Assembly: GCA_964424295.1 (NCBI GenBank)
Contig: CAYRHZ010000001.1
Coordinates: forward strand, 1-44,439
Direction of reading: 5' to 3'
Length of the DNA stretch: 44,439 nt
Source: an uncultured Candidatus Saccharibacteria bacterium
Lineage (GTDB): Bacteria; Patescibacteriota; Minisyncoccia; Phycocordibacterales; DATDWN01
Position 1 is the stretch's first letter. Each line of letters begins with the position of its first letter. The notes under the pieces were generated by a model. It searched no databases. It was not told where the DNA came from and saw nothing but the letters and a program-made list of their open reading frames with translations. Position numbers and translations under genes: made by a program. This document shows, piece after piece, positions 7,435 through 16,909 of this stretch.

Positions 7435-8916
7435 TTATTTTGTTTGTGCAACTGTTTCGATAACGTCTCCCTCATTCAGTCCCGATAGAACTTCAACAAA
7501 ACCATCTTGACCTCGGAGTCCAATAGTAATTGGAGTTTTTACGTATTCTTTACCTACAAGCTTCTGAACATATACCATGTCTCCTTCTTTCGTTAGTGCA
7601 TATTCAGGAACAGTAAGTACGTCTTTTTTCTCACTAGTAATAAGTTCAAGTCTTGATGTAAGTCCTGATTTAATCTGTGGGTATTTCTCACTAAACGCAA
7701 CTGTAACTTTGTAATTCACTACCCCATCAACTACAGTCTCACCAGGTTCAATATAAGAAACTTTTCCAGAGAATGTCTCTCCTGGGAATGCATCAAAGGT
7801 GATTATCACCTCATTTCCAACCATTACCTTTCCAATACTTACCTCTGAAACATTTGATTCTATCTCTAGATCACTGTCAGAAATAACTGTAACTACAACT
7901 TTTCCAGGCGTAACTATTTCTCCAACTTTTGCATCTTGTTTTGTTACTACACCATTTTGTGGAGATCTAAGAGTCATTTTACTAAGTTGAGCTTGAACAC
8001 TCTCTACTTGTGCTTGGTTTTGCAAAACCTTGGCTTCTTGGGCCTTTATTACTTCTGGAGTACTACCACTTTTCTTAAGTGTTAGATTTTTCTCTGCTAA
8101 GGCAAGTTTTGACCTAGAAGAGTTCAGTGTTTCTCTTGCTGTAGTTACCGTAGACCTTGCAGAAGAAATAGAAGCTTTGTTGGCATCTACAGTTGCCTGC
8201 GTTACTCCACTAGAAGCTGACTGAGAATTTACCACAAGCGCAACGTTGTCTATTAGCCTTAACACTTCAGGTAAGTTTTTATCAATATCACCAACAGTCC
8301 ATGTTTGGATTATAGTTTCTACAGCAGTTCGTCCAGAAATTATATTATTCTTAAGTTGGCCATCATTTACCACCAAACTAAACTGGGGATTATTTGTTTT
8401 TGGATTACTGAAAAACTGATCGACATTATTATTTATTGCATCAACAACTTTGTTTTGTAAATTTTTCTCAGCATCCTCCAAAGTCACTCTTGCATTTGCA
8501 ACCTCTGTCTCTGAAACCGCTATATCTTCTGGTTTGCTACCTTTTTTAAGTTCTTCCAATCGAGCCTCTTCACTAGCAACATTTGCTTGTGCTTTTAGCA
8601 AATCAGCATAAAGAGCACTTTGATCTAGGCTCACCAATGCTTGACCTACAACCACTCGAGAACCCACTGAAACTGATGAAGTTCTAACTGTACCATTTAC
8701 CTCAAAAGCAAGACTAGAATCTCTTATTGCCTTTGTGTTTCCATTTACAATAACTTTTTGAACTATATCAGATTTTTTTATGGTATATGAGTCTGTTTTA
8801 GAAGTACTCGGCGATAAAAACTTATACCCGATAAAAGCTAATACTAGCAAGATAAGTGCTGAAGTTTTTTTGTGGCTAACTATGTAATTTTTTATGTTTT
8901 GTATTTGTGTTTTCAT
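7435..8916 (-). CDS. efflux periplasmic adaptor (HlyD/MacA family)
   Basis: N-terminal TM anchor, long coiled-coil-like middle and beta-barrel-like C-terminus. It lies upstream of an ABC ATPase and an FtsX-type permease. Confidence 0.8.
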   Translation of the reverse strand: MKTQIQNIKNYIVSHKKTSALILLVLAFIGYKFLSPSTSKTDSYTIKKSDIVQKVIVNGNTKAIRDSSLAFEVNGTVRTSSVSVGSRVVVGQALVSLDQSALYADLLKAQANVASEEARLEELKKGSKPEDIAVSETEVANARVTLEDAEKNLQNKVVDAINNNVDQFFSNPKTNNPQFSLVVNDGQLKNNIISGRTAVETIIQTWTVGDIDKNLPEVLRLIDNVALVVNSQSASSGVTQATVDANKASISSARSTVTTARETLNSSRSKLALAEKNLTLKKSGSTPEVIKAQEAKVLQNQAQVESVQAQLSKMTLRSPQNGVVTKQDAKVGEIVTPGKVVVTVISDSDLEIESNVSEVSIGKVMVGNEVIITFDAFPGETFSGKVSYIEPGETVVDGVVNYKVTVAFSEKYPQIKSGLTSRLELITSEKKDVLTVPEYALTKEGDMVYVQKLVGKEYVKTPITIGLRGQDGFVEVLSGLNEGDVIETVAQTK

Positions 8917-8926
8917 GTTTTTATTT

Positions 8927-9622
8927 TTATTTTTTCTTATTCATTACATCCGAAACAATTTTACCGTCCGAAAGTTGTATCACCCTATCTGTCAACTCGG
9001 AATACTCTTTTTCGTGAGTCACCATGATTATAGTTTGACCCTGTCTATGCAATTCAATAAATGCATCTAGAACTTGATCGGAAGTTTCTGTATCTAGGTT
9101 TGCCGTAGGTTCATCTGCAAAAATAATTTTTGGATTATGAGCGATTGCTCTAGCTATAGAAACTCTTTGTTGTTGTCCTCCAGATAGTTTACTTGGAATG
9201 TTGTCCATTCTGTCGCCTAAACCGATTCTAACTAGAGAATCTTTTGCCTTTCTCTCGGCCTCCAACATTGTTTCCCCTTGCATTAAAAGAGGAAGTAGAA
9301 CATTCTCCATAGCTGTTAACTCTGGAATAAGCGCATAATCCTGAAAAACATAACCTAACTTGTTTAGTCGAAATCTAGTTTTAGCTTCGTTATCTAGTTT
9401 TGAAATATCGATGTCATCAATCAATATTTCACCTGAGTTTGGGTTATCTAGAAGGCCTAGTTGGTAAAGCAGAGTAGACTTTCCAGAACCAGATCTTCCA
9501 GTAATTGCCAAAAACTGCCCTTGCGGAACAGACAAATCCAATCCTTTTAAAACAACCAATTCTGAATCTCCAGATTTGAATGATTTAACTAAATTCTTTA
9601 CTTGTATTATTGAGTCTTGCAT
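8927..9622 (-). CDS. ABC transporter ATP-binding protein (MacB/LolD-like)
   Basis: Walker A GRSGSGKST, ABC signature LSGGQQQR and Walker B IIFADEPT. Confidence 0.92.
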   Translation of the reverse strand: MQDSIIQVKNLVKSFKSGDSELVVLKGLDLSVPQGQFLAITGRSGSGKSTLLYQLGLLDNPNSGEILIDDIDISKLDNEAKTRFRLNKLGYVFQDYALIPELTAMENVLLPLLMQGETMLEAERKAKDSLVRIGLGDRMDNIPSKLSGGQQQRVSIARAIAHNPKIIFADEPTANLDTETSDQVLDAFIELHRQGQTIIMVTHEKEYSELTDRVIQLSDGKIVSDVMNKKK

Positions 9623-9652
9623 TTTTTTATTTAAAATTCATTATCTTTCAAA

Positions 9653-10930
9653 CTATCTACCCAATATGGCATCTAGAGTATTTTGTTTTACAACTATTCT
9701 TGCAGGAATGTAGCCGGCAAAAATTGTGGCAATAAGCAGAAGTCCGGCACGCATTAAGGTATTTGAATATTCTGCAACAAGTATTCCATCACTAAACGGG
9801 AAGTTAATCGGGTGCGCGTCAATATATGGAACAAGAAAACCATACAAAATGGCCAAACCTAGTAAAACGCCCATGGTTGCATAAAGTATTGATTGTAATA
9901 TGTATGAAAACTCAATTGCAGTAGAGTTTATTCCAATACCTTTTAAAATTCCAATAAATTTTCTTCGAGTAATTGCGTTGATGTATATAACGATAAATAT
10001 TGTAATTGAAGCAACCACAAGTCCAATGGAACCGATAGCATTTCCTAGCAAGTTGAATGTAGCCTGTATATCTTTTAGAAACTTTGGCAAAGCTTCTTCG
10101 ATAGTTTGAACTCGAGCACTTTCACCAACTCCAGAAGAAATTAGTGCTTGTTTTACAACCAATGAATCAACGCCATCATTTATCTTTATTGCAATCTCAT
10201 CTACATTATAGTCATTTCTGCCAATAAGTGGCCGAAGCACAGAGTCCAGAATTACAACTCGATCATCAAAAGCACCTTTTCCTTTAATAATTCCTTTAAC
10301 TGTAACTTCTTTTACATTTCCATTTACCTTAATTCGAACTCTCGAACCAACATCTACATTATCTAGCAAAAGCAAACCTGGGGCTTCAATAGGAAGGTAC
10401 TTTTTCAAAGTGTTTGCACCAAGTAAAATACTATCAGTATCCTCGACTGTCAGCATTGAACCTGCAATTATCATGGAACTAATATTTGTAGTTTCTTCTT
10501 CTTTAACAGGGTCAACACCAGTAAAAGATGCGTTAGCGATATTGGCATCTTCTGTAAAATCGATTCTTTCTTTATATGTACCCTCGACGGTTCCACCCTC
10601 AACATATCGAACAGAATAAACTTTTGTCCAAGGCATGTTCTTTACAATCTCCACAACACTTGGACTATTTTCAATGTAAGTTTTCTTTGGAAGAGTGGAA
10701 ATGAATATGTCTCCGGCATACTTTTCGCGAAAAAGGTCCGTAGAACTTTGAATCAGTCCAACGAGCACCCCTCGAACAACCACTAAGTTCAAGAAAGTAA
10801 GCATCATAATAAAAACAATAAGAGCGGTAGTCCCTATACTGCTTCCCCTTACTTGCCTATATGCGAGGAAAAAGCCGAGTTTTATTGAGGTTAAAAAGTT
10901 TTTAAACCTTTGAGCACGAGTAATTAACAT
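9653..10930 (-). CDS. ABC transporter permease, FtsX/MacB-like
   Basis: One N-terminal TM segment, a large extracytoplasmic domain, and three C-terminal TM segments (FtsX-like). Operon context with the ATPase. Confidence 0.8.
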   Translation of the reverse strand: MLITRAQRFKNFLTSIKLGFFLAYRQVRGSSIGTTALIVFIMMLTFLNLVVVRGVLVGLIQSSTDLFREKYAGDIFISTLPKKTYIENSPSVVEIVKNMPWTKVYSVRYVEGGTVEGTYKERIDFTEDANIANASFTGVDPVKEEETTNISSMIIAGSMLTVEDTDSILLGANTLKKYLPIEAPGLLLLDNVDVGSRVRIKVNGNVKEVTVKGIIKGKGAFDDRVVILDSVLRPLIGRNDYNVDEIAIKINDGVDSLVVKQALISSGVGESARVQTIEEALPKFLKDIQATFNLLGNAIGSIGLVVASITIFIVIYINAITRRKFIGILKGIGINSTAIEFSYILQSILYATMGVLLGLAILYGFLVPYIDAHPINFPFSDGILVAEYSNTLMRAGLLLIATIFAGYIPARIVVKQNTLDAILGR

Positions 10931-10971
10931 CGTCCAATACTATCACAAAATAAGGGCTTAATCAAACCATA

Positions 10972-11379
10972 CTAATTTAACCCCTTACAATTACCTCCAG
11001 GAGTGAAACCAGCACTTTTTGCCTCAGCAATAGAGCCAAATTTAACTTGATTTTCTGGTTTTATTCTCTTAACAGTTCCGCACCATGGAAAATAGTACTT
11101 TTTGCCACTTTTAGAGCCTATAACTGGACCATCTGTTTTTATATCTGGAGTACTGGTCAAAACCTCTCCACCCTGCCCAAAGACAGTCTTTGGGGAACTT
11201 GTAGATGAGTTTATGGCTGTAGCCGTCAGGTTTTGGTTTGGATAACCTATATTTATTGGAGTTTTCTCATTATTTACAACTGAAAGTCTGCCTAAACTAA
11301 AGAAAATAACCGCTATCGACAATAGGAGTAATAAGCCATAAAAAGGCTTGATTTTTTCCAAGCTTTGATTTATACTCAT
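10972..11379 (-). CDS. membrane-anchored hypothetical protein with a C-terminal Cys-containing (Ada-Zn-binding-like) motif
   Basis: Trimmed to [27 protein letters not shown] (ATG at 11379), because the track ORF overlaps rpmA. The C-terminus reads [41 protein letters not shown]. Confidence 0.6.
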   Translation of the reverse strand: MSINQSLEKIKPFYGLLLLLSIAVIFFSLGRLSVVNNEKTPINIGYPNQNLTATAINSSTSSPKTVFGQGGEVLTSTPDIKTDGPVIGSKSGKKYYFPWCGTVKRIKPENQVKFGSIAEAKSAGFTPGGNCKGLN

Positions 11380-11401
11380 AAAACCTAATTTAACACACAA
11401 T

Positions 11402-11674
11402 ATGGCACATAAGAAATCCGCAGGTACATCAAAAAACGGTAGAGACTCAAATCCAAAATATCTTGGAGTTAAAATTACTGAAGGAGACAAAGCTATTGCT
11501 GGATCTATCTTGATAAGACAGCGAGGAACAGATGTTCTCCCTGGTAAAAATGTTGGTATGGGAAAGGATCACACTTTGTTTGCACTTACTCCGGGAACAG
11601 TAAAATTTGGAACTAAGAGAAAAATTCATTTCGATAACACTAGCCAAGTAAAGAAAATCGTCCACGTAATCTAA
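11402..11674 (+). CDS. rpmA: 50S ribosomal protein L27
   Basis: [24 protein letters not shown]… is a canonical L27 N-terminus. Confidence 0.95.
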   Translation: MAHKKSAGTSKNGRDSNPKYLGVKITEGDKAIAGSILIRQRGTDVLPGKNVGMGKDHTLFALTPGTVKFGTKRKIHFDNTSQVKKIVHVI

Positions 11675-11676
11675 AG

Positions 11677-11703
11677 AAAAAACCTCCAATTGGAGGTTTT
11701 TTC
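11677..11703 (+). terminator. rpmA intrinsic terminator
   Basis: ACCTCC-aatt-GGAGGT hairpin (11682-11697) followed by TTTTTT. Confidence 0.8.
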
Positions 11704-11707
11704 TTAA

Positions 11708-11735
11708 TTGATTTTTCTTAAAATTAATGTATAGT
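11708..11735 (+). promoter_or_regulatory. promoter TTGATT-16-TATAGT for the GC-rich 66-aa ORF
   Basis: -35 at 11708-11713 and -10 at 11730-11735. GGAGG at 11744-11748 lies 9 nt before the GTG at 11758. Confidence 0.5.
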
Positions 11736-11757
11736 TGTCCTTTGGAGGCACAAGCCT

Positions 11758-11958
11758 GTGAGTTACTACCGGCACGACGACACCCCAGTTCGATGGACCG
11801 ACCTTGCTATCAAGGTTCGTACCTGCCCCGACTGTGGCAACAGTTACACAGGAATAAGTCGGCACCACATAACGTGTCCAAAGAAGGAGGTCAAGAGAGT
11901 CGACGAAAAGAAACCTAGACCGGGAGGTGTAGGCAGTGACCTCATCTTCTTCGAATAG
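11758..11958 (+). CDS. hypothetical small protein (66 aa) with a CxxC…HHxxC zinc-knuckle-like motif, GC-rich
   Basis: GTG start with a good SD. The sequence is MSYYRHDDTPVRWTDLAIKVRTCPDCGNSYTGISRHHITCPKKEV…. The antisense 96-aa ORF has a TTG start, no SD and a low-complexity sequence. Confidence 0.5.
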   Translation: MSYYRHDDTPVRWTDLAIKVRTCPDCGNSYTGISRHHITCPKKEVKRVDEKKPRPGGVGSDLIFFE

Positions 11959-11969
11959 TTCCCCACCCG

Positions 11970-12000
11970 TCGCCCGAGGAAGACACACTTCCAAGGGCGA
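11970..12000 (+). terminator. GC-rich hairpin downstream of the 66-aa ORF
   Basis: TCGCCC…GGGCGA outer stem plus GGAAG/CTTCC inner stem with a 2x2 internal loop. The U-tract is weak. Confidence 0.35.
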
Positions 12001-12014
12001 TTCGTCATATATGA

Positions 12015-12458
12015 CTAAAGGGCAAGAATATTTAATACAAACTCTGCTTTCTTACCCATGGCCTCAACAGTTATCTTGTGCTCACCTGTTTCTTTTATTG
12101 GCTTGTCTAAAATTATAGAATCAATATTCAAAGTAAGTCTGGTTGCCTTTGTTACCTCTTCAAAAACTCTTTCTCTTGTTACCCCAGCAAATAAATGACC
12201 TTTTTCATTCGCTTTTTCCTTTATGTCAATTTTTAGATTTCTGATAACTTCTAAATTTTTAAGCAGAAGTTCTTCCTGAATTTTTTTGTTAGTTAGATCG
12301 TTGGCCTTTAGCTGTTCAACTTTTGCAACAGCGTCTTTTGTGGCAATTTTTGCAAGACCCCGAGGTATGAGCATGTTTAAAGCATAGCCTTCAGCCACTT
12401 CTTTTATGTCGTACTTTCTACCCACCTTTGGAACATCCTTAAGTAATATTATTTTCAT
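12015..12458 (-). CDS. rplI: 50S ribosomal protein L9
   Basis: MKIILLKDVPKVGRKYDIKEVAEGYALNMLIPRGLA is a canonical L9 N-terminal domain. Confidence 0.93.
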   Translation of the reverse strand: MKIILLKDVPKVGRKYDIKEVAEGYALNMLIPRGLAKIATKDAVAKVEQLKANDLTNKKIQEELLLKNLEVIRNLKIDIKEKANEKGHLFAGVTRERVFEEVTKATRLTLNIDSIILDKPIKETGEHKITVEAMGKKAEFVLNILAL

Positions 12459-12500
12459 ATTTTTATCCTATCACAAAACCAAAACTAGTCGAGGATAAAA

Positions 12501-13727
12501 CTATTCTGCCAAGATTTCTAATGCCTTATTCAGTTGTGTGTCAGTCCCATCCTTCTTATAAGCCTCTTCATCTAGTTTTACCACCACGTCAGGAGTAAGC
12601 CCTCCGTTTGAGATAGAGTTTCCGTTTGGTGTAAGCCATCTAGCAATGGTTACTTTTAGCGAAGTGTCATCCGTAATATTTACAAGCTCCTGCACTGAAC
12701 CTTTTCCAAAAGATTGTGCTCCCACTAGTTTCGCAACTCCGTGTTCACGTAGTGCTCCAGCCAGAATTTCTGATGCACTCGCAGAACCCCCATCTATAAG
12801 AATTATTAGTTTTAATTTATCATTGAAAACATTGTATCCCTTACTTCGGAATACTTGATTCATATTCTTATCTTTAAAGTCTTCTGAAACGATAACCTTT
12901 CCTGTAGGCAGAAACCATGACGCCATATCTTGTGCAGCCTCTAGATATCCTCCAGGGTTACCTCTCAAATCCAGAACTAGTTTATTTCTTCCTGATTCAA
13001 TAAATTCACGTAGTGCATCTCTAAAAAGCCCTGGTGAAATTGCGGAGAAGCTATATAGTCTGACTATAAACACATCTCCCTTTGTCTCTGTGTCTACAGT
13101 AGGCATATTTATAACATCTCTAACCACACTTATTTCAAAAGGTTCCTTTATTCCCTGCCGAAGAAGAGTTAGCTTAACCGACGTTCCTTTCTTGCCACGT
13201 ATTAGCTTTACGGCAGAATCAGCGGGAAGACTCGCTGTCTCAGTATCATCAACTTTCAATATCTTATCTCCCGCCTTTACTCCAGCTTTAAAAGCAGGAG
13301 CGCCTTTTATAGGAGCAATTACTGTAAGAATGTTATCTTTTGTACCAACTTCCATTCCCACTCCCTCTATCTGCCCACTTATTTGTTCATTAAATATTTT
13401 AGACTCAACTGGAGGGAAAAACATTGTGTAAGGATCTTCTAGAGACTTTACCATTCCACTTATGGCCCCATATACCCTAGCCTGATCTGAAACTCTGTCT
13501 GTTGTTGAGCTGTTCGTTGGAATAAATTTTTCGTTAACAACATTCCACGCCTTCCAAAAAGATGCAAAATCAACGTTTGAAGCAGTATCTGTTTTGTTAA
13601 TTATAGTAGCAATCTTTTCCTCATCTGTCTTATAGCCCCTACCGTATGAGAATCCTAGATAAAAAACAATTGCGACACCCAATATCGCAACTAGAATATG
13701 ATTTTTGTATTTTGAAAAATCTATCAT
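12501..13727 (-). CDS. ctpA: carboxy-terminal processing protease (S41 family)
   Basis: TM anchor, PDZ-like segment and S41 core (…LDLRGNPGGYLEAAQDMASWF…GGSASASEILAGAL…). Trimmed to MIDFSKYKNH (ATG at 13727). Confidence 0.88.
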   Translation of the reverse strand: MIDFSKYKNHILVAILGVAIVFYLGFSYGRGYKTDEEKIATIINKTDTASNVDFASFWKAWNVVNEKFIPTNSSTTDRVSDQARVYGAISGMVKSLEDPYTMFFPPVESKIFNEQISGQIEGVGMEVGTKDNILTVIAPIKGAPAFKAGVKAGDKILKVDDTETASLPADSAVKLIRGKKGTSVKLTLLRQGIKEPFEISVVRDVINMPTVDTETKGDVFIVRLYSFSAISPGLFRDALREFIESGRNKLVLDLRGNPGGYLEAAQDMASWFLPTGKVIVSEDFKDKNMNQVFRSKGYNVFNDKLKLIILIDGGSASASEILAGALREHGVAKLVGAQSFGKGSVQELVNITDDTSLKVTIARWLTPNGNSISNGGLTPDVVVKLDEEAYKKDGTDTQLNKALEILAE

Positions 13728-13802
13728 TTTAAATATTATTGTAATTCTCTCAAAAAATACTATTATGGTCAAATAAAAGTTATTCGGATATAATGACAAA
13801 AT

Positions 13803-15155
13803 ATGAAAATAGAACTCCACAATACTCTGACTGGCAAAAAAGAAGAGTTTACTCCTATCAAAGCGGGTGAAGTTTCAATGTATAACTGTGGACCTACAGT
13901 TTACAATTACGCACACATCGGCAATCTTCGCTCTTATGTTTTTGCAGATACACTTCGACGAGTTTTTGAGTATAACAATTTAAAAGTAAACCAGGTTGTA
14001 AACGTTACTGATATCGGACATCTTTCTTCTGATAGTGATGATGGAGAAGATAAAATGACAAAAGCCTTAAAACGTGAAGGAAAACCACTTACACTAGAAG
14101 CAATGAGAGAGGTGGCGGATTTTTATTTTGAAAAATTTAAAGAAGACTTAACTTCTTTAAATATTGAAATGCCGGAGCATTTCCCATTTGCTTCGGACCA
14201 TGTAAAAGAAGATATTGAATTAGTTCAAAAATTAGAAGACAAAGGTTTCACTTACAAAACTTCTGATGGAGTTTACTTTGATATTAAAAAATTTCCAGAA
14301 TACGGAAAGCTAGGAAACATTAAAATATCTAATGATGCAGAATCTAGAATTGGTTTAAATCCTGAAAAAAGAAACCCCCAAGACTTCGCTGTTTGGAAAT
14401 TTAATGAAGAGTTGGGATATGACGCGCCTTTTGGAAAAGGCTTTCCCGGATGGCACATAGAGTGTTCAGCAATGTCAGTAAAGTACCTTGGTCCAGAGTT
14501 TGATATTCACACAGGAGGTATAGACCATATCCCTGTTCACCACAACAATGAAATCGCTCAGTCTGTCTGTGCGGGAGACCCTTATGCAAAGTACTGGCTA
14601 CATAACGCGCACCTAAACATTGGTGAAGACAAAATGGCAAAGTCGGGAGACAATTTTATTACTCTTGGAACACTAAAAGATAAAAAGGTTGATCCTCTTG
14701 CGCTTAGATATGTATTTCTTACAGCTAGATACTCTTCTCCTCTTCAATTTAGTTGGGAAACCTTGGGGGGTGCAGAAACTGCACTAAAAAGGATTAGACA
14801 AAAACTTTCTAAACTTCCAGATGGAGGCACCGTTGCAAATAGTGATTTTAATAAATTTGTTAACGATGACCTCGACACTCCGAAGGCGCTAGCATTAATA
14901 TCTGAAATATTGAACAGTGAAAATATATCCGACGCAGACAAGAAAGCAACGATACTAGACTTTGACCGAGTCCTCGGTTTGCAACTAGATAAAATTGAAA
15001 CTGTTGAAATCCCAGAAGAAGTCAAAAACTTAATACAACAAAGAGACACGGCTCGTGCAAATAAAGACTTCGCGAAGAGCGATGAACTTAGATTAGAAAT
15101 TGAAAAACTAGGATTTGAGGTAAAAGACACAAAAGACGGCACCCAGGTAGTTTAG
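13803..15155 (+). CDS. cysS: cysteinyl-tRNA synthetase
   Basis: CGPTVYNYAHIGNLRSYV (HIGH region) and KMAKSGDN (KMSKS region). Confidence 0.95.
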   Translation: MKIELHNTLTGKKEEFTPIKAGEVSMYNCGPTVYNYAHIGNLRSYVFADTLRRVFEYNNLKVNQVVNVTDIGHLSSDSDDGEDKMTKALKREGKPLTLEAMREVADFYFEKFKEDLTSLNIEMPEHFPFASDHVKEDIELVQKLEDKGFTYKTSDGVYFDIKKFPEYGKLGNIKISNDAESRIGLNPEKRNPQDFAVWKFNEELGYDAPFGKGFPGWHIECSAMSVKYLGPEFDIHTGGIDHIPVHHNNEIAQSVCAGDPYAKYWLHNAHLNIGEDKMAKSGDNFITLGTLKDKKVDPLALRYVFLTARYSSPLQFSWETLGGAETALKRIRQKLSKLPDGGTVANSDFNKFVNDDLDTPKALALISEILNSENISDADKKATILDFDRVLGLQLDKIETVEIPEEVKNLIQQRDTARANKDFAKSDELRLEIEKLGFEVKDTKDGTQVV

Positions 15156-15244
15156 GCTAAATCCCCTCCTAATATCCCCACTTTCCACATATTGTTCATT
15201 GGTTTAATTTGAGCAAAAGCTTGCTAATAAGTTAGAATGTCCTC

Positions 15245-16618
15245 ATGACAAATACACAGCGAGGCATGCGAGTACCTCCGCAAAATCTTGAATCAGAAAT
15301 GGCACTGCTTGGTTCTATAATGCTACGACCAGAAGCCCTGTTTGATGTAATGGATATTATTTCTTCTGATTCTTTCTATTCTGAAAAACACAGAGTAATT
15401 TTTAGTTCAATGATGGAGCTTTTTCAAAAAAGATCTCCTATCGATCTATTGTCAGTTTCAAGCAAGTTAAAAGAAAAAGGTTGGCTAGACCAAATAGGCG
15501 GAAACACCTACCTTACGGAAATTGTAAATTCTGTTCCTTCTTCAGCAAACATTTCTTACTATGCAGAAATAGTTCAAAAGAAATATATGATGCGTAGACT
15601 CATTGAAGCCTCTGACCACATTTCTCAAGTGGGTTACGATGAAACAAAAGAACTGGAAGAGATTTTAGAAAGTGCAGAGAAAAAACTATTTGAAGTTACA
15701 AACTTTAATACTTCTCACAAATTTGTTCCCATTAAAGAGGAACTAGCTGAGGCATGGGAAAGATTGGAAAAACTTCACTCCGGAGAAAACGAAATGCGTG
15801 GAATTTCTACAGGATTTGCAGACATAGATCATAAGCTAGCCGGGTTTCAAAAGTCCGATCTTATTATTCTTGCAGCTCGACCTTCAATGGGTAAAACTTC
15901 CCTCGCCCTAGACATTGCCAGACAAGCGGCAGTAAACCACGGCATTACTGTTGGAATATTTTCTCTAGAAATGAGTTCTCAGCAACTTGTAGATAGAATG
16001 CTGGCTGCTCAGGCAAACGTTGATGCTTGGAAACTTCGAACAGGAAAACTTTCAAAACAAAATGACTTTGAAGCTATTCGTGAGTCATTAGACAAGCTAA
16101 ACAAAGCACCTATTCATATAGATGACCAACCAGGTAATAATTTATTAAAAATGCGTTCTATGGCAAGAAGACTTAAAAACGAACACAACCTAGGCCTCAT
16201 TGTTGTGGACTACTTGCAACTCATCGTTCCATCTAGCACAAAAAGCGATAACGTTGTTCAACAAATCACTGAGATTTCTCGTGGCCTAAAAAACTTGGCT
16301 CGAGAAATGAATGTTCCGGTTCTTGCACTTTCACAGCTGTCTCGTGCAGTGGAACAACGTGGAGGCAGACCTAGACTTTCAGACCTTCGAGACTCAGGAT
16401 CTATCGAACAGGACGCGGACGTGGTTATGTTTATTCACCGAGAAGACAAATACAAAGATGAATCAGAAAAAACTAATATTGCAGAAATCCTCATTGAAAA
16501 ACACAGAAATGGAGAAACTGGAAAAGTAGATCTTTTCTTTAATGAAAAGAAAGCAACTTTCCAAAGCATGGATAAGTCGCAATACGGAGGTGCAGAAAAA
16601 GAATTTTCTGAATTTTAA
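15245..16618 (+). CDS. dnaB: replicative DNA helicase DnaB
   Basis: N-terminal PPQNLESEMALLGSIML, Walker A ARPSMGKTS, and the later DnaB-type motifs. Confidence 0.95.
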   Translation: MTNTQRGMRVPPQNLESEMALLGSIMLRPEALFDVMDIISSDSFYSEKHRVIFSSMMELFQKRSPIDLLSVSSKLKEKGWLDQIGGNTYLTEIVNSVPSSANISYYAEIVQKKYMMRRLIEASDHISQVGYDETKELEEILESAEKKLFEVTNFNTSHKFVPIKEELAEAWERLEKLHSGENEMRGISTGFADIDHKLAGFQKSDLIILAARPSMGKTSLALDIARQAAVNHGITVGIFSLEMSSQQLVDRMLAAQANVDAWKLRTGKLSKQNDFEAIRESLDKLNKAPIHIDDQPGNNLLKMRSMARRLKNEHNLGLIVVDYLQLIVPSSTKSDNVVQQITEISRGLKNLAREMNVPVLALSQLSRAVEQRGGRPRLSDLRDSGSIEQDADVVMFIHREDKYKDESEKTNIAEILIEKHRNGETGKVDLFFNEKKATFQSMDKSQYGGAEKEFSEF

Positions 16619-16622
16619 AGGA

Positions 16623-16650
16623 CGAGCCCGCCAATAAATCGGCGGGCTCG
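16623..16650. terminator. bidirectional GC-rich hairpin between dnaB and the convergent 58-aa ORF
   Basis: 10-bp perfect stem CGAGCCCGCC (16623-16632) / GGCGGGCTCG (16641-16650). Confidence 0.6.
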
Positions 16651-16661
16651 AGTCGAAAGGG

Positions 16662-16838
16662 CTACTTCAGATGCCGGGTCCCCAGAACTGCGTGAACGTA
16701 GACTGGTTCACCGTCGATGACCATCGTGCCCGAGGCGTACTCAGCGTCCCTCTGTCTCGGACGACGACGAGGTTTCGGTCGATCGGCCTTACGAACGTGC
16801 TTACTGCGACGCTTACCCCTGATCCTGCCTTCTGCCAT
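16662..16838 (-). CDS. hypothetical small basic protein (58 aa), GC-rich, absent from the ORF track
   Basis: Hand translation gives MAEGRIRGKRRSKHVRKADRPKPRRRPRQRDAEYASGTMVIDGEPVYVHAVLGTRHLK. AGGAGG (plus-strand cctcct at 16844-16849) lies 5 nt upstream of the ATG (16836-16838). A TATAAT (16862-16867, minus strand) lies further upstream. Confidence 0.55.
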   Translation of the reverse strand: MAEGRIRGKRRSKHVRKADRPKPRRRPRQRDAEYASGTMVIDGEPVYVHAVLGTRHLK

Positions 16839-16909
16839 CGGAACCTCCTAAGTGTTCTAAAATTATATTACATTAGAATATATAAATTTGGTATACTTAC
16901 GGAAATATC

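Noticed and set aside
7423-7440. An 18-bp perfect AT-only palindrome, AAATAAATTAATTTATTT, overlapping the stop codon of the HlyD-family gene.
   Set aside because: It is pure A/T in an AT-rich genome, so its stability is very low and chance occurrence is likely. At most it is a weak terminator or spacer element.
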